DNA of 64,000 bases, taken from Candidatus Nomurabacteria bacterium (GTDB lineage: Bacteria; Patescibacteriota; Minisyncoccia; Phycocordibacterales; UBA9973). The notes below the pieces were generated by a model. That model was not told the origin of the DNA. It did not search any database and saw only the letters and a program-made list of their open reading frames with translations. Below are positions 32,247 through 41,078 of this stretch, piece by piece. The position numbers and the translations under genes were made by a program. The stretch is taken from the NCBI GenBank assembly GCA_023267215.1, contig JAHFNS010000001.1, positions 239,507-303,506 of the forward strand. The letters are read 5' to 3'. Numbering within the stretch: position 1 is the first letter of the stretch; each line of letters begins with the position of its first letter.

Positions 32247-33575
32247 TTAATTATCTTTGGCAGCTTCGAGGGTTACTGGTACTGTTTTTTCTACACCTTT
32301 ATGTAATATTTTTAGATTAATCACAGAGCCTATACTTTTTTGTCTAATGATAGAAGCGAGAGTATTGTTTTCATCCAATTTCACACCATCAACTTCTAAA
32401 ACTATATCATTTTCTACTATCCCCGCTTTGTCGGCAGGACTTCCTGGAACAACTGCTAATTCATTTTGATTAGCTCCAGCTTTAACAAGTACTCCGTAAT
32501 CAACTGTTAAATTATTTTTATCTTTCATTTCCGTATTAATAGCAACATAACGAATACCTAAATATGGTCTTACAATTTTACCAGTGGCCTTAACTGATTC
32601 TATGGCGCTTTTTATATTATTTATCGGTAAAGCAAAACCTATATTTTGAGATCCTTGTGCTATGGCCACGTTTACTCCGATTACTTCTCCAGATAAATCA
32701 AGCAATGGCCCACCAGAATTCCCAGGATTAATAGCTGCATCCGTTTGAATGACATGGTCGAGCGTTTCTGTATTTCCAGAAGAGTCCCCCGCTGTCACAG
32801 ATCTAGCGAGCCCTGACACAACACCTACAGAAACTGTATTTCTAAATTCTCCAAGTGCATTGCCAATAGCAATAACGCTCTGCCCTATTTGTAATGAATC
32901 AGAATTACCTAGTGAAAGAAATGGAAAATCAGATCCAACAATTTTTATAAGTGCAATATCAAGCACGGGATCTCGAGCAATGACTTTGGCTTCATGTTTT
33001 TTACCATCATTCGTAAAGACAGTGTACATCGCATCTTTCTCGGAAACAACATGCTTATTTGTAACAATCAATCCATCACTCGAGACAAAAAATCCTGAAC
33101 CTCCACCAATGTCTTTTTTCTCTGTGCCATTCTGACGATACTGGGGAACATTAAAAAAGAAACCAGGAAACAATCCACCAAATGGATCTTGTTGTTGGTT
33201 TGGATCAGTATAAAGCTCATATTTGGGAACATTTTTACTAATGATAATAGAAACGACAGCTGGATTAGTTTTCTTTACTGCATTAATTACAAAATGCTCT
33301 TCTGAAAAAATAGATTGTTTTTCTGTTTTATCAGTGATTAATTTCTGGTCATTTCCTAACTTACTATTTGGGTTTTGAACTTCTTGTAAATATTCTTTGG
33401 CAAAATAATCAAAAACATTTGCTCTATAATACCAAACAAGACCCACCCCAATAGCCAAAAGGATGACCAAAGAAACTAAACTTACCAAGAATGAATGTAG
33501 GAAGTTTTTATTTAAAAAAAATCTTTTTATTTGTTTTATTGTATCTAAGTTTTCCATATAATTTTGTAAAATCAT
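32247..33575 (-). CDS. htrA: HtrA/DegP-family trypsin-like serine protease with PDZ domain
   Basis: Catalytic triad context GGGSGFFVSSDGLIVTNKHVV ... DAAINPGNSGGPLLD. C-terminal PDZ. N-terminal TM anchor. Confidence 0.85.
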   Translation of the reverse strand: MILQNYMENLDTIKQIKRFFLNKNFLHSFLVSLVSLVILLAIGVGLVWYYRANVFDYFAKEYLQEVQNPNSKLGNDQKLITDKTEKQSIFSEEHFVINAVKKTNPAVVSIIISKNVPKYELYTDPNQQQDPFGGLFPGFFFNVPQYRQNGTEKKDIGGGSGFFVSSDGLIVTNKHVVSEKDAMYTVFTNDGKKHEAKVIARDPVLDIALIKIVGSDFPFLSLGNSDSLQIGQSVIAIGNALGEFRNTVSVGVVSGLARSVTAGDSSGNTETLDHVIQTDAAINPGNSGGPLLDLSGEVIGVNVAIAQGSQNIGFALPINNIKSAIESVKATGKIVRPYLGIRYVAINTEMKDKNNLTVDYGVLVKAGANQNELAVVPGSPADKAGIVENDIVLEVDGVKLDENNTLASIIRQKSIGSVINLKILHKGVEKTVPVTLEAAKDN

Positions 33576-33618
33576 ATTGGGTATGATTTTAAATAAAAAA
33601 ATTATTGATAATATAAAA

Positions 33619-34059
33619 TTATATATGTCTTTTCTTATTTAGCAAGTGGCTTTTATATATATTTTGTTTATATGGCTTCAAACGTTTAATTTTTATTAAA
33701 AAGTTATTATTTTTTAAGTCTTTTCTTAGCTCCTTTACATATGCCTTCTGATCATAACCTAAAGCAATTATATTTGGTTTTTCTTTTTTAATATGAAAAA
33801 AATAATTTTTCAAACTACCTAAAACCACCTTATCAACCAACTTACTTTTTTTTACTAAATTCGTTCTTTTCTTTTCATTTAAAAATGGCTTTACGCCTTT
33901 TATTCTTTTAACATTCTTGTCTCTAGCTATAGATACGATTAAAAATGAATTTTGGTGCAATTTTTTTGCTTGTTTAAAAAAATTTAAGTGACCTTCGTGT
34001 AATCCATCAAAAGTACCAAAAATCATTATTTTCGTTTGTTCGTTATTTCTATTTAACAT
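33619..34059 (-). CDS. Cytidylyltransferase-like nucleotidyltransferase (HIGH-motif family; FMN adenylyltransferase/TagD-like)
   Basis: MIFGTFDGLHEGH is a (H/T)xGH nucleotidyltransferase motif. Confidence 0.5.
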   Translation of the reverse strand: MLNRNNEQTKIMIFGTFDGLHEGHLNFFKQAKKLHQNSFLIVSIARDKNVKRIKGVKPFLNEKKRTNLVKKSKLVDKVVLGSLKNYFFHIKKEKPNIIALGYDQKAYVKELRKDLKNNNFLIKIKRLKPYKQNIYKSHLLNKKRHI

Positions 34060-34149
34060 TGTTTTATTATAACAATTTTGTTATCCACAGTAAAAATTGA
34101 CAGATACTAGAGAAAGCATAAAATGAAAGAGTTCATTAAAAAGTTATAG

Positions 34150-34288
34150 TAAGTGATTGGGGAAACTGGTTAGATTCCAGTACAGTGCCGCTACGGTAAG
34201 TCCTGAACACCAATAGGTGGAAGGAACAAGTCCGATTACCAATCATTTTTATGAATCCCGAGCAGGACTAAGCCATTTTGAAGGCCCA
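34150..34288 (+). promoter_or_regulatory. Cobalamin (B12) riboswitch aptamer
   Basis: GGGAAACTGGTTAGATTCCAGTACAGTGCCGCTACGGTAAGTCC...GGAAGGAAC parallels the cobalamin-riboswitch core GGGAAnCCGGTGAAAATCCGGnnCnGnCCCGCCACTGTAA...GGAAGG, including a variant B12 box (GCCGCTACGG). Confidence 0.7.
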
Positions 34289-34316
34289 AAATTCTGCTCA
34301 AGCAGAATTTTTTCGT
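34289..34316 (+). terminator. Riboswitch expression-platform terminator
   Basis: AAAATTCTGCTCAAGCAGAATTTTTTCG: 8-bp stem plus T-run, immediately before the ATG at 34320. Confidence 0.65.
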
Positions 34317-34319
34317 TTT

Positions 34320-34763
34320 ATGCAAGATAAAAACAACAAAAAAGTAATATGGTTCGGTCTTATTGTTTCTATTTTTTTCTTTCTAATTTTTATTTTCACA
34401 AAAGATCTTGGACAAAATACCACAAACAGGCAAGGCCTGTTAGAACAAGTCTTGCCTGGTGCTATTGAAACAGATCAAGCATTTCTAGAAATCAATGAGA
34501 AAAAAATTGGGACAAAAATAATAAAAAATGAAAATATTTATGATTTCATGCAAGAATTACAAAAAGAAAGAAAAATAAACTTCAAAGATACAACTTATAT
34601 CGGAATGGGAAAATTAATTGAAGAGATAAACGGAATTAAAAACAGTGGAGAAAGAAATTGGATTTATTATGTGAATGATGTTGAAGCACAAGTCGGTGTT
34701 TCAAATTATAAATTAAAAGTTGGAGACGTGGTGTCTTGGAAATATGAGCAAACAAATCATTAA
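34320..34763 (+). CDS. Membrane-anchored DUF4430-like protein (transcobalamin/intrinsic-factor beta-domain-like)
   Basis: N-terminal TM. C-terminal NWIYYVNDVEAQVGVSNYKLKVGDVVSWKYE resembles the DUF4430 W.y.vNg...G...y.lk.GD.i.w.y motif. Confidence 0.45.
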   Translation: MQDKNNKKVIWFGLIVSIFFFLIFIFTKDLGQNTTNRQGLLEQVLPGAIETDQAFLEINEKKIGTKIIKNENIYDFMQELQKERKINFKDTTYIGMGKLIEEINGIKNSGERNWIYYVNDVEAQVGVSNYKLKVGDVVSWKYEQTNH

Positions 34764-36309
34764 AATAATATTATTAAGTTTTATATCTCTTGGTTTTTTC
34801 AGTACTGTTTATGCAGATACTCCAATACATTTAAAGATAGCTACTCCAACAAATATAATTTATGATAAAGATATAACCGTCACCCCTTGTGATAGTGATA
34901 ATAATCCTCTAACCCCAGATATCATCACAGCCTACTGTGCAATCCTACAATCTGAAATATCAAATATCTGGGACTGGAGTTGGGCTCCTGGTGCATTCGT
35001 CACTTCTATAAATAATATTTCTGGTTTTACAAGCAAAGACAGAAACAATAATGATGTTTATCATTATTGGAGTTGGACTTTAAATGGAACAGAGGGGGCC
35101 ACTGGATTAAATCAATATACTTTACAGCCAAATGATTTAATTTCTCTTAATTTTATAGATCCAATAGATCTAACTCCTATCGTTTCAGCTGGTTCTCCAC
35201 AAATTGTCTCCCCAGAAATTAGTGCTACCCCCACCGCACTAGAACCAACAAGGGTACCAGTATCTACGCCTATAAAAATAAAACCTATATTTGATACAAA
35301 AAAGGCTTCTGATTTTATAGTATCACAACAAAAGGAGGATGGAACTTGGGGAAATGATCTTTACACAGACTGGATAGCTATCTCTCTGGCTTCTTTGAAA
35401 AAAGAAGATCAAAAAATAAATCCAATTATAGAATTAATAAAATATTTATCTTTAAATAAAATTTCTAGCACACTTTTAACCGATCATGAAAGACATACTA
35501 TGGCTCTATCAGCTCTCGGACTTAATCCATACAACATCAATGGAGAAAATTATATAAAAAAAATAACAGATAGTTTCGATGGGAAACAATTTGGTGATAT
35601 TGATAAAGATAATGATGATATTTTTGCTTTGATTGTTTTACAAAATGCTGGTTTTACTAAAGATGAAGATATTATTAAAAATGATATCTCTTACATATTA
35701 TCAAAACAAAAAGAAAATGGTTCTTGGGATAATAGTGTAGATATGACAGGAGCTGCTATGGAGTCTCTTTCTATATTTAGTAAACAAGACCCCTTCCTAA
35801 CCTCCCCCTTAGCAGAGGGAGGAACAATTCCAAATGCTATTAGTAAAGCAAAAGAGTATTTAAAACAAAACCAAAAAGATGATGGCGGTTTTGGCAATGT
35901 TTCTTCCACCTCTTGGGCTATAGAAGGTATCTTATCTCTCGGAGAAAAAGCAGAAGATTGGATAAAAAATGAACAATCCCCTATTGATTATTTAGCGACT
36001 ATGCAAAATGAAGATGGGAGTGTAAAAGAAGATAATTTAGACAACAAAATCTGGCAAACATCTTATGCTCTTTCAGCATTATCAGGGAAAACTTGGAATG
36101 AATTAATGCAAAAATTTGAAAAACCAAAAGAAATATTAGAAGAAAAAATAATTAAAAAATATACTCCAAAAATAAAAAACTCAAAAATTCAAAATAATGC
36201 AAACACCATAAATTCCATAATTAATTCTCCAATAAACACAGAAAAAGAAACAGCTCCTATAAAAAAGAGCTGGTTCAAAAACTTTTTAAATAAATTATTT
36301 GGAATTTAA
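34720..36309 (+). CDS. Secreted protein: DUF4430-like beta domain plus alpha/alpha-toroid domain (terpene-cyclase/prenyltransferase-like QxxDGxW repeats)
   Basis: Signal/TM segment. N-terminal domain with WSWTLNGTEGATGLNQYTLQPNDLISLNF (DUF4430-like). Then four repeats of the type QKEDGTWGND / QKENGSWDNS / QKDDGGFGNV / QNEDGSVKED. Confidence 0.5.
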   Translation: METWCLGNMSKQIIKIILLSFISLGFFSTVYADTPIHLKIATPTNIIYDKDITVTPCDSDNNPLTPDIITAYCAILQSEISNIWDWSWAPGAFVTSINNISGFTSKDRNNNDVYHYWSWTLNGTEGATGLNQYTLQPNDLISLNFIDPIDLTPIVSAGSPQIVSPEISATPTALEPTRVPVSTPIKIKPIFDTKKASDFIVSQQKEDGTWGNDLYTDWIAISLASLKKEDQKINPIIELIKYLSLNKISSTLLTDHERHTMALSALGLNPYNINGENYIKKITDSFDGKQFGDIDKDNDDIFALIVLQNAGFTKDEDIIKNDISYILSKQKENGSWDNSVDMTGAAMESLSIFSKQDPFLTSPLAEGGTIPNAISKAKEYLKQNQKDDGGFGNVSSTSWAIEGILSLGEKAEDWIKNEQSPIDYLATMQNEDGSVKEDNLDNKIWQTSYALSALSGKTWNELMQKFEKPKEILEEKIIKKYTPKIKNSKIQNNANTINSIINSPINTEKETAPIKKSWFKNFLNKLFGI

Positions 36310-36692
36310 AACAAAGACAAAATCCAAGGTGATGGGATAGCTAATAACATAAGGACTGCTCCTAAAAGAGCCATATTCTTTTTGAAATTTATTTCTTCCC
36401 CCATTCTTGTCATTTGATCAGAAACTTTCCAATATTGATGCATTTGTATAGATGTCACAAACAAGAAAACTGCAAGCAAGAGAACAGAAAGCTCAATATA
36501 AACTCCTAAAAGTATCCCCAAACCACCAATAATCATCATAAGACCCGTTAAAGACACAGCCAAACTTGGCATTGGTACTTTTTTAGATTGAGCATAGCCA
36601 GTCAACATTTTTAGATTTTTGAGATGACTAAAACCACTCAATATAAAATATCCCCCTAATAATATCCTTCCTAAAATAAATAAATATTCCAT
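36306..36692 (-). CDS. DoxX-family membrane protein
   Basis: 128 aa, four TM helices. LGRILLGGYFILSGFSHL matches the DoxX N-terminal signature. Confidence 0.65.
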   Translation of the reverse strand: MEYLFILGRILLGGYFILSGFSHLKNLKMLTGYAQSKKVPMPSLAVSLTGLMMIIGGLGILLGVYIELSVLLLAVFLFVTSIQMHQYWKVSDQMTRMGEEINFKKNMALLGAVLMLLAIPSPWILSLF

Positions 36693-36758
36693 ATACTTTT
36701 AAATCTCAGCCTGCGGCTGATCCGCCCTAGGCGGCAAATTAGATTAATAAGATTTATA

Positions 36759-37385
36759 TTATACTATTTTTCTTCTAGGAGACGCAAATTCCTCAATTTT
36801 ACCTATTTTTATTTCTATTTTGTCTACTTTTCTTAAATTTTTGATAGTTGTTTTTGATAAAATATCATAATGCTTTATATTATCTAATTCTTGATCTATT
36901 CCCCAAAGATCACCATCTTCCACCTCCCATCCCTTTTTGAATACATTTAAATTAAGAGGTTTAGAATAACTTCTTAATGTTTTTAATCCATTATCTAAAA
37001 AATATTCGTGAAAATAAGACATTACAAGTTCATGTATACTTTTATATACTGGTTCACGATATCTAAGCACTGCATGATTAGTTTTTGATAATGCACCCCA
37101 ATATCCTTTTATCTTAAATGGAGCCACTACGTGGTCATAATCCCCTTTGGTCGTCTTTAAATGAAGCACAAGAGGCGGAAAACCATGTAAAGAAAGAATA
37201 TAAGCACCCAAAATAGCTCCTTCAATACAATGGGCATTTTTTGCTCTTAAGGTTGAAATAGGAGATTTCAATGTTTCACCTTTTTCCTCAAAATTAAACT
37301 TTAAACTATTCAAAAAGTCCTGCACCTTCGGTGGTGTATTTAATTTATGCAATAATTCTTTTTCTTTTTCAGTAAAACAAAGCAT
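36759..37385 (-). CDS. Hypothetical protein (conserved Cys/His pair, possibly papain-like fold)
   Basis: 208 aa. NAHCIEGAILGAY ... DHVVAPF. No family assigned. Confidence 0.3.
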   Translation of the reverse strand: MLCFTEKEKELLHKLNTPPKVQDFLNSLKFNFEEKGETLKSPISTLRAKNAHCIEGAILGAYILSLHGFPPLVLHLKTTKGDYDHVVAPFKIKGYWGALSKTNHAVLRYREPVYKSIHELVMSYFHEYFLDNGLKTLRSYSKPLNLNVFKKGWEVEDGDLWGIDQELDNIKHYDILSKTTIKNLRKVDKIEIKIGKIEEFASPRRKIV

Positions 37386-37598
37386 TTATATACCGAGCTC
37401 ACTACCACTTAAGGCACTTGTATAATTACTTAAAAATGATGGCAAAACAAACATTAATCCTATAAGGGGTATAACTACAGCAATTACTGTAATCCAAATT
37501 GTCATTAAAAAATATTTTCTGGTTTTTTCTACCGACTTATAAATAGCATCTATCTTTACTCCTTGCTCTTCTATTTTTTGTTTTAATTCTTGATCCAT
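37386..37598 (-). CDS. Small two-TM membrane protein (hypothetical)
   Basis: 70 aa. Plausible from hydrophobicity only. Confidence 0.3.
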   Translation of the reverse strand: MDQELKQKIEEQGVKIDAIYKSVEKTRKYFLMTIWITVIAVVIPLIGLMFVLPSFLSNYTSALSGSELGI

Positions 37599-37630
37599 GA
37601 TTTAATCATATCACAAACTAATTAAAAAAT

Positions 37631-38185
37631 TTATAAATTTTCTTTCTTGTAAAAGTAAGCAACCAACAAAAGAGTAATGAGAGCAAAAAATACTGTTAAA
37701 GAAAACATCGGAATAGAAATATATCCTCCGACTTCATCCACAAATTTTTGAACACAAGAAATACCAGAAGCATCACAAGCACCTACGCTTTCTGTAAAAT
37801 AATAAATAAAATTATGATAAAGTGAGATCAACAAACCTGAGAGGAGAAGTGGAAAAATATAACCTGTCACGTTCCTATCCTTTTTTAAATAGGCCATACC
37901 AAAAAGCACTGTCTGGGGAAATAAAAATATTCTTTGTAGCCAACACAAAAAGCATACAGCATAACCCGCCACTTCAGAATAGAAAAGTGACAAAACAGCG
38001 GTAAAAAATGAAATAATAAATCCGATTAACAAAAAATGTTCTGAAACAAAAGAAAGAAATTCATTTTTAAAACTGTTTTTATTAGGAACTGCAAAAAGAA
38101 GGATCAAAGTAAAAACACACAAGAATTGTAACGTAATTGCAAAGACACCGAGAATTAAATTAAGATAATGTATATATGTCATCAA
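37631..38185 (-). CDS. dsbB: Disulfide bond formation protein B (DsbB/BdbC family)
   Basis: Four TM helices. CFLCWLQR (the Cx2C-W-QR motif of BdbC/DsbB) and a second Cys pair (GACDASGISC). Confidence 0.6.
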   Translation of the reverse strand: MMTYIHYLNLILGVFAITLQFLCVFTLILLFAVPNKNSFKNEFLSFVSEHFLLIGFIISFFTAVLSLFYSEVAGYAVCFLCWLQRIFLFPQTVLFGMAYLKKDRNVTGYIFPLLLSGLLISLYHNFIYYFTESVGACDASGISCVQKFVDEVGGYISIPMFSLTVFFALITLLLVAYFYKKENL

Positions 38186-38565
38186 AAGATTTTAGGTAAA
38201 AAAATAATAAATCCGATAATCACAGCTGTAAAGGCAGCTACCAAAACAGCAGCTGCAGCGACATCTTTGGTGTCTCGAGCAAAAGGATGATACTCTGGAG
38301 AGGTTAAATCTATATCTATCTCAATGGCTGTATTTATTGTCTCAGTTATTATAACTAATCCAATAGAAAAAATTAAAGCAATCCATTCAAGACTTGAAAT
38401 TTTTAAATAAAATCCTAAAATTATCACAACTAGTGCCACAAATATATGAAAATATAAATTTTTGGTCGTTCTACCAAAAACGTATAAACCACGAAAGGCA
38501 TTCAAAAATTTCTCACTTTTTTTAACTTCTCTCCAAGCTCTTATTTCTCTTTTAGAATCTGACAT
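38182..38565 (-). CDS. dgkA: Diacylglycerol/undecaprenol kinase (DgkA family)
   Basis: 127 aa, three TM helices. ETINTAIEIDID matches the DgkA E.lNTAiE motif. Confidence 0.7.
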   Translation of the reverse strand: MSDSKREIRAWREVKKSEKFLNAFRGLYVFGRTTKNLYFHIFVALVVIILGFYLKISSLEWIALIFSIGLVIITETINTAIEIDIDLTSPEYHPFARDTKDVAAAAVLVAAFTAVIIGFIIFLPKIF

Positions 38566-38582
38566 TTTATTTTTTATGATTT

Positions 38583-39212
38583 TTAATTTTTACTACGCCA
38601 CAAATCAATAAACCAAAAAATATGTTTAGTACTTTTTTCTAATAAATTAAATAAAATAGCGAGTGTGAATAGCAAGATAGCGAGACTAATACTGAAAAAC
38701 GATACAAAGATAGCAATAGCGGCAGCTACTACAGGAAATAAAATATGCATGTTGGCATGTTCATTCTCTTTCTTGGTAAATGATGTATTTTCAATAGTTT
38801 TAGAATTGATGATATACTGACGCATTTTAAATAAAGTGAAACCAATGAAGATAATATTCAAAGCAAAAAATATGATGGCTATCTGTGAATAACTGTATCT
38901 ACCGAGAAGATGTGAAGAAAATGGAACCAACCCTACGAAAAAGAAAAAGATGGCATTCAAGTTAGAAAATTTGGTATCAATATTTTTTGCTAAAATTGAT
39001 TCAATAAAATGATGCGAGCGCCAATAAGTAAAAAGCAGAGAAAAACTTAAAAGATAACTCAAAAATACTGGCAAAAGATTTATTAATGAATTTAAAAGTG
39101 TTTGTTCGTTTATTATCCCAACATAGTCTGGTATCCTTATTTCAAAAACCAAAATAGTCATTACTATGGCAAATATACTATCTGCTAATTGATCCAATCG
39201 TATTTGTTTCAT
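38583..39212 (-). CDS. DUF1211 (TMEM175-like) membrane protein
   Basis: N-terminal RLDQLADSIFAIVMTILVFEI matches the RxxxFSDgVFAIaiTLLvlei signature. Confidence 0.6.
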   Translation of the reverse strand: MKQIRLDQLADSIFAIVMTILVFEIRIPDYVGIINEQTLLNSLINLLPVFLSYLLSFSLLFTYWRSHHFIESILAKNIDTKFSNLNAIFFFFVGLVPFSSHLLGRYSYSQIAIIFFALNIIFIGFTLFKMRQYIINSKTIENTSFTKKENEHANMHILFPVVAAAIAIFVSFFSISLAILLFTLAILFNLLEKSTKHIFWFIDLWRSKN

Positions 39213-39242
39213 GGGTTTTATTATACTATAAAAATAAAAGCG

Positions 39243-39617
39243 TTAATTAGCTGGTAATACACAACCACTTATTTTTGCTAAATTATCCAATTCTTGTTCT
39301 CCAACATATTTTTGCCCTTTTTCATCTATCCAAGTTGGATAACTCTCTACTCCTTTGGCGATACATTCATCTGATTTTTCTGTACATTCAACGTAAGGCA
39401 CATATTTAAAAGAATCTCCGAAACGTTCTTTTTGTGCTTTACAGTGAGAACACCAAGAAGCACCATACATCGTCAAATTTTTTGAAGCGAGACATTGCGC
39501 AAAAGTATCATATTTACCAAGTGGAACATTTCCTCCTCCACCTTGTAATAAAACAGTCGCGACTGTGCCTAAAACCAAGAGAACAATTACTAAAAAGAAA
39601 ATATTTTTTTGTTTCAT
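39243..39617 (-). CDS. Secreted thioredoxin-fold thiol-disulfide oxidoreductase
   Basis: Signal peptide plus thioredoxin-type CxxC active site (MYGASWCSHCKAQK). Confidence 0.65.
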   Translation of the reverse strand: MKQKNIFFLVIVLLVLGTVATVLLQGGGGNVPLGKYDTFAQCLASKNLTMYGASWCSHCKAQKERFGDSFKYVPYVECTEKSDECIAKGVESYPTWIDEKGQKYVGEQELDNLAKISGCVLPAN

Positions 39618-39623
39618 ATAATT

Positions 39624-40130
39624 TTATTCTTTACAACAATCTACTAATTTAGCCATAATATCATCATAAGTCATTGGTTTTTCATTCTCCAAAACATTTT
39701 TGATATGAGGCGCGCTGATAATTTTTAACCTAAGTCCAAAAAACAAATTAAAAATTTTGTAAGCAAAAGTAAACATTTGCTTTGCATCTTCTGTTTTGCC
39801 ATCACCTTGTAATTTTGTACCAACTTCCATGAGTCTCATCGTGGTGCCTAATAAATGCTTGGAAATACACCAACTTTCCGCTTCTGTTTTGTCTATCATT
39901 CGAGCCAAAAGTACTTTTCTCATTTCACGCACTTCATGCAACATATCATAATATTCATCTTTACCAGTTTTCGCACCAGAAAAAAAGAAATGCTCTTCCA
40001 AGCTTATCAAATTCATCACTGCTATACTTAAATCTTCTTCAGTTGATAAATCTACTCCCCTATTTTCTTTGAGAGTTGCTATCTTTTTTTGGAGTTCTTC
40101 AAAACTCATTAATTTTGGATCAGTTGTCAT
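39624..40130 (-). CDS. Hypothetical protein
   Basis: 168 aa, no recognisable motif. Sits between the thioredoxin-like and CcdA genes. Confidence 0.3.
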   Translation of the reverse strand: MTTDPKLMSFEELQKKIATLKENRGVDLSTEEDLSIAVMNLISLEEHFFFSGAKTGKDEYYDMLHEVREMRKVLLARMIDKTEAESWCISKHLLGTTMRLMEVGTKLQGDGKTEDAKQMFTFAYKIFNLFFGLRLKIISAPHIKNVLENEKPMTYDDIMAKLVDCCKE

Positions 40131-40245
40131 AATGTTTTGTTCCCAAGTTTGCTAAGATTTGCTTTTTATAAGGTCCTCGGTTCTCTGGGTCCCCTACCCC
40201 AGCCAGACCATTCTAAAAAGTAAATCTTAGCAAACTTTTATAAAT

Positions 40246-40956
40246 TTATAATGTAAATATAATAATACCAAAAGCAAGCAAAATAAGCGACAAGACTACT
40301 CTTGCTCTCTTGGTTTCCAGTCTTCGTAACCTATCAATTTTTTCTGCCATAGCTTTATTAGTAGCAAAAATAAGTATAAGAATAAGAGGTAAAACAAAGA
40401 AAAGATTGTAAGCAATCAAATACCAAAACCCTGTCCAATAAGTGGCGTAATCATGAAGCAATGTCAAAACAAAAAGATATGGACCTCCGGTGCATGGAAA
40501 TTCAAACATCGCAACAAGAGCACCTAATAAAAAAAAAGCTGGAATAGAGCCCTTGCTGATTATCTTTGCAAGCGTTTTATGAGAGCTTTCTGGCATTTTC
40601 AATTTGATTGGGAAGCTTGGAAAGAATTCATTTATTAAATTAATTACAGCATAAATTATCAATATGGATGCTCCTATCTTCCCCATCACATTAGGTACAC
40701 TAAAAGCACCGAGGACTCGAAGAGCTCCCAACCCCACTAAAGTATAAATGAAGACAATTGCAAAGATATAAACACCTCCAGAAATTAAAACAAATTTCCT
40801 GTTTTTACCGAGGCTGAATAAAAAAGTGATAGTTAAAAAAAGGACGGATATAGCACAAGGATTTAAACTATCTATAATTGCCGAAGTCATAATGACTGGC
40901 AAAAAACTATGAATGCTAGTGGCTAAAGCGGGAGACATGTGGCTATAATAGCACAA
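40246..40956 (-). CDS. ccdA: Cytochrome c-type biogenesis / thiol-disulfide electron-transport membrane protein CcdA (DsbD family)
   Basis: Six TM helices with two conserved Cys motifs: SLNPCAISV, and the second conserved Cys in FEFPCTGGPY. Confidence 0.8.
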   Translation of the reverse strand: MCYYSHMSPALATSIHSFLPVIMTSAIIDSLNPCAISVLFLTITFLFSLGKNRKFVLISGGVYIFAIVFIYTLVGLGALRVLGAFSVPNVMGKIGASILIIYAVINLINEFFPSFPIKLKMPESSHKTLAKIISKGSIPAFFLLGALVAMFEFPCTGGPYLFVLTLLHDYATYWTGFWYLIAYNLFFVLPLILILIFATNKAMAEKIDRLRRLETKRARVVLSLILLAFGIIIFTL

Positions 40957-41009
40957 AAAAATTTCAAAAACAAAAACTTCAAAAATGTTAAAAGCCGAGC
41001 TTTTAACAT

Positions 41010-41078
41010 TACCTCACCCCAGCTTGCTAGCTTTCCCCTCTCCTTATTAAGGAGAGGGGTCAGGGGTGAGGTGAATTT
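41010..41078. repeat. GC-rich palindromic repeat, copy F
   Basis: ACCTCACCCC-AGCTTGCTAGCTT-TCCCCTCTCCTTATTAAGGAGAGGGGTCAGGGGTGAGGTG. Confidence 0.8.
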
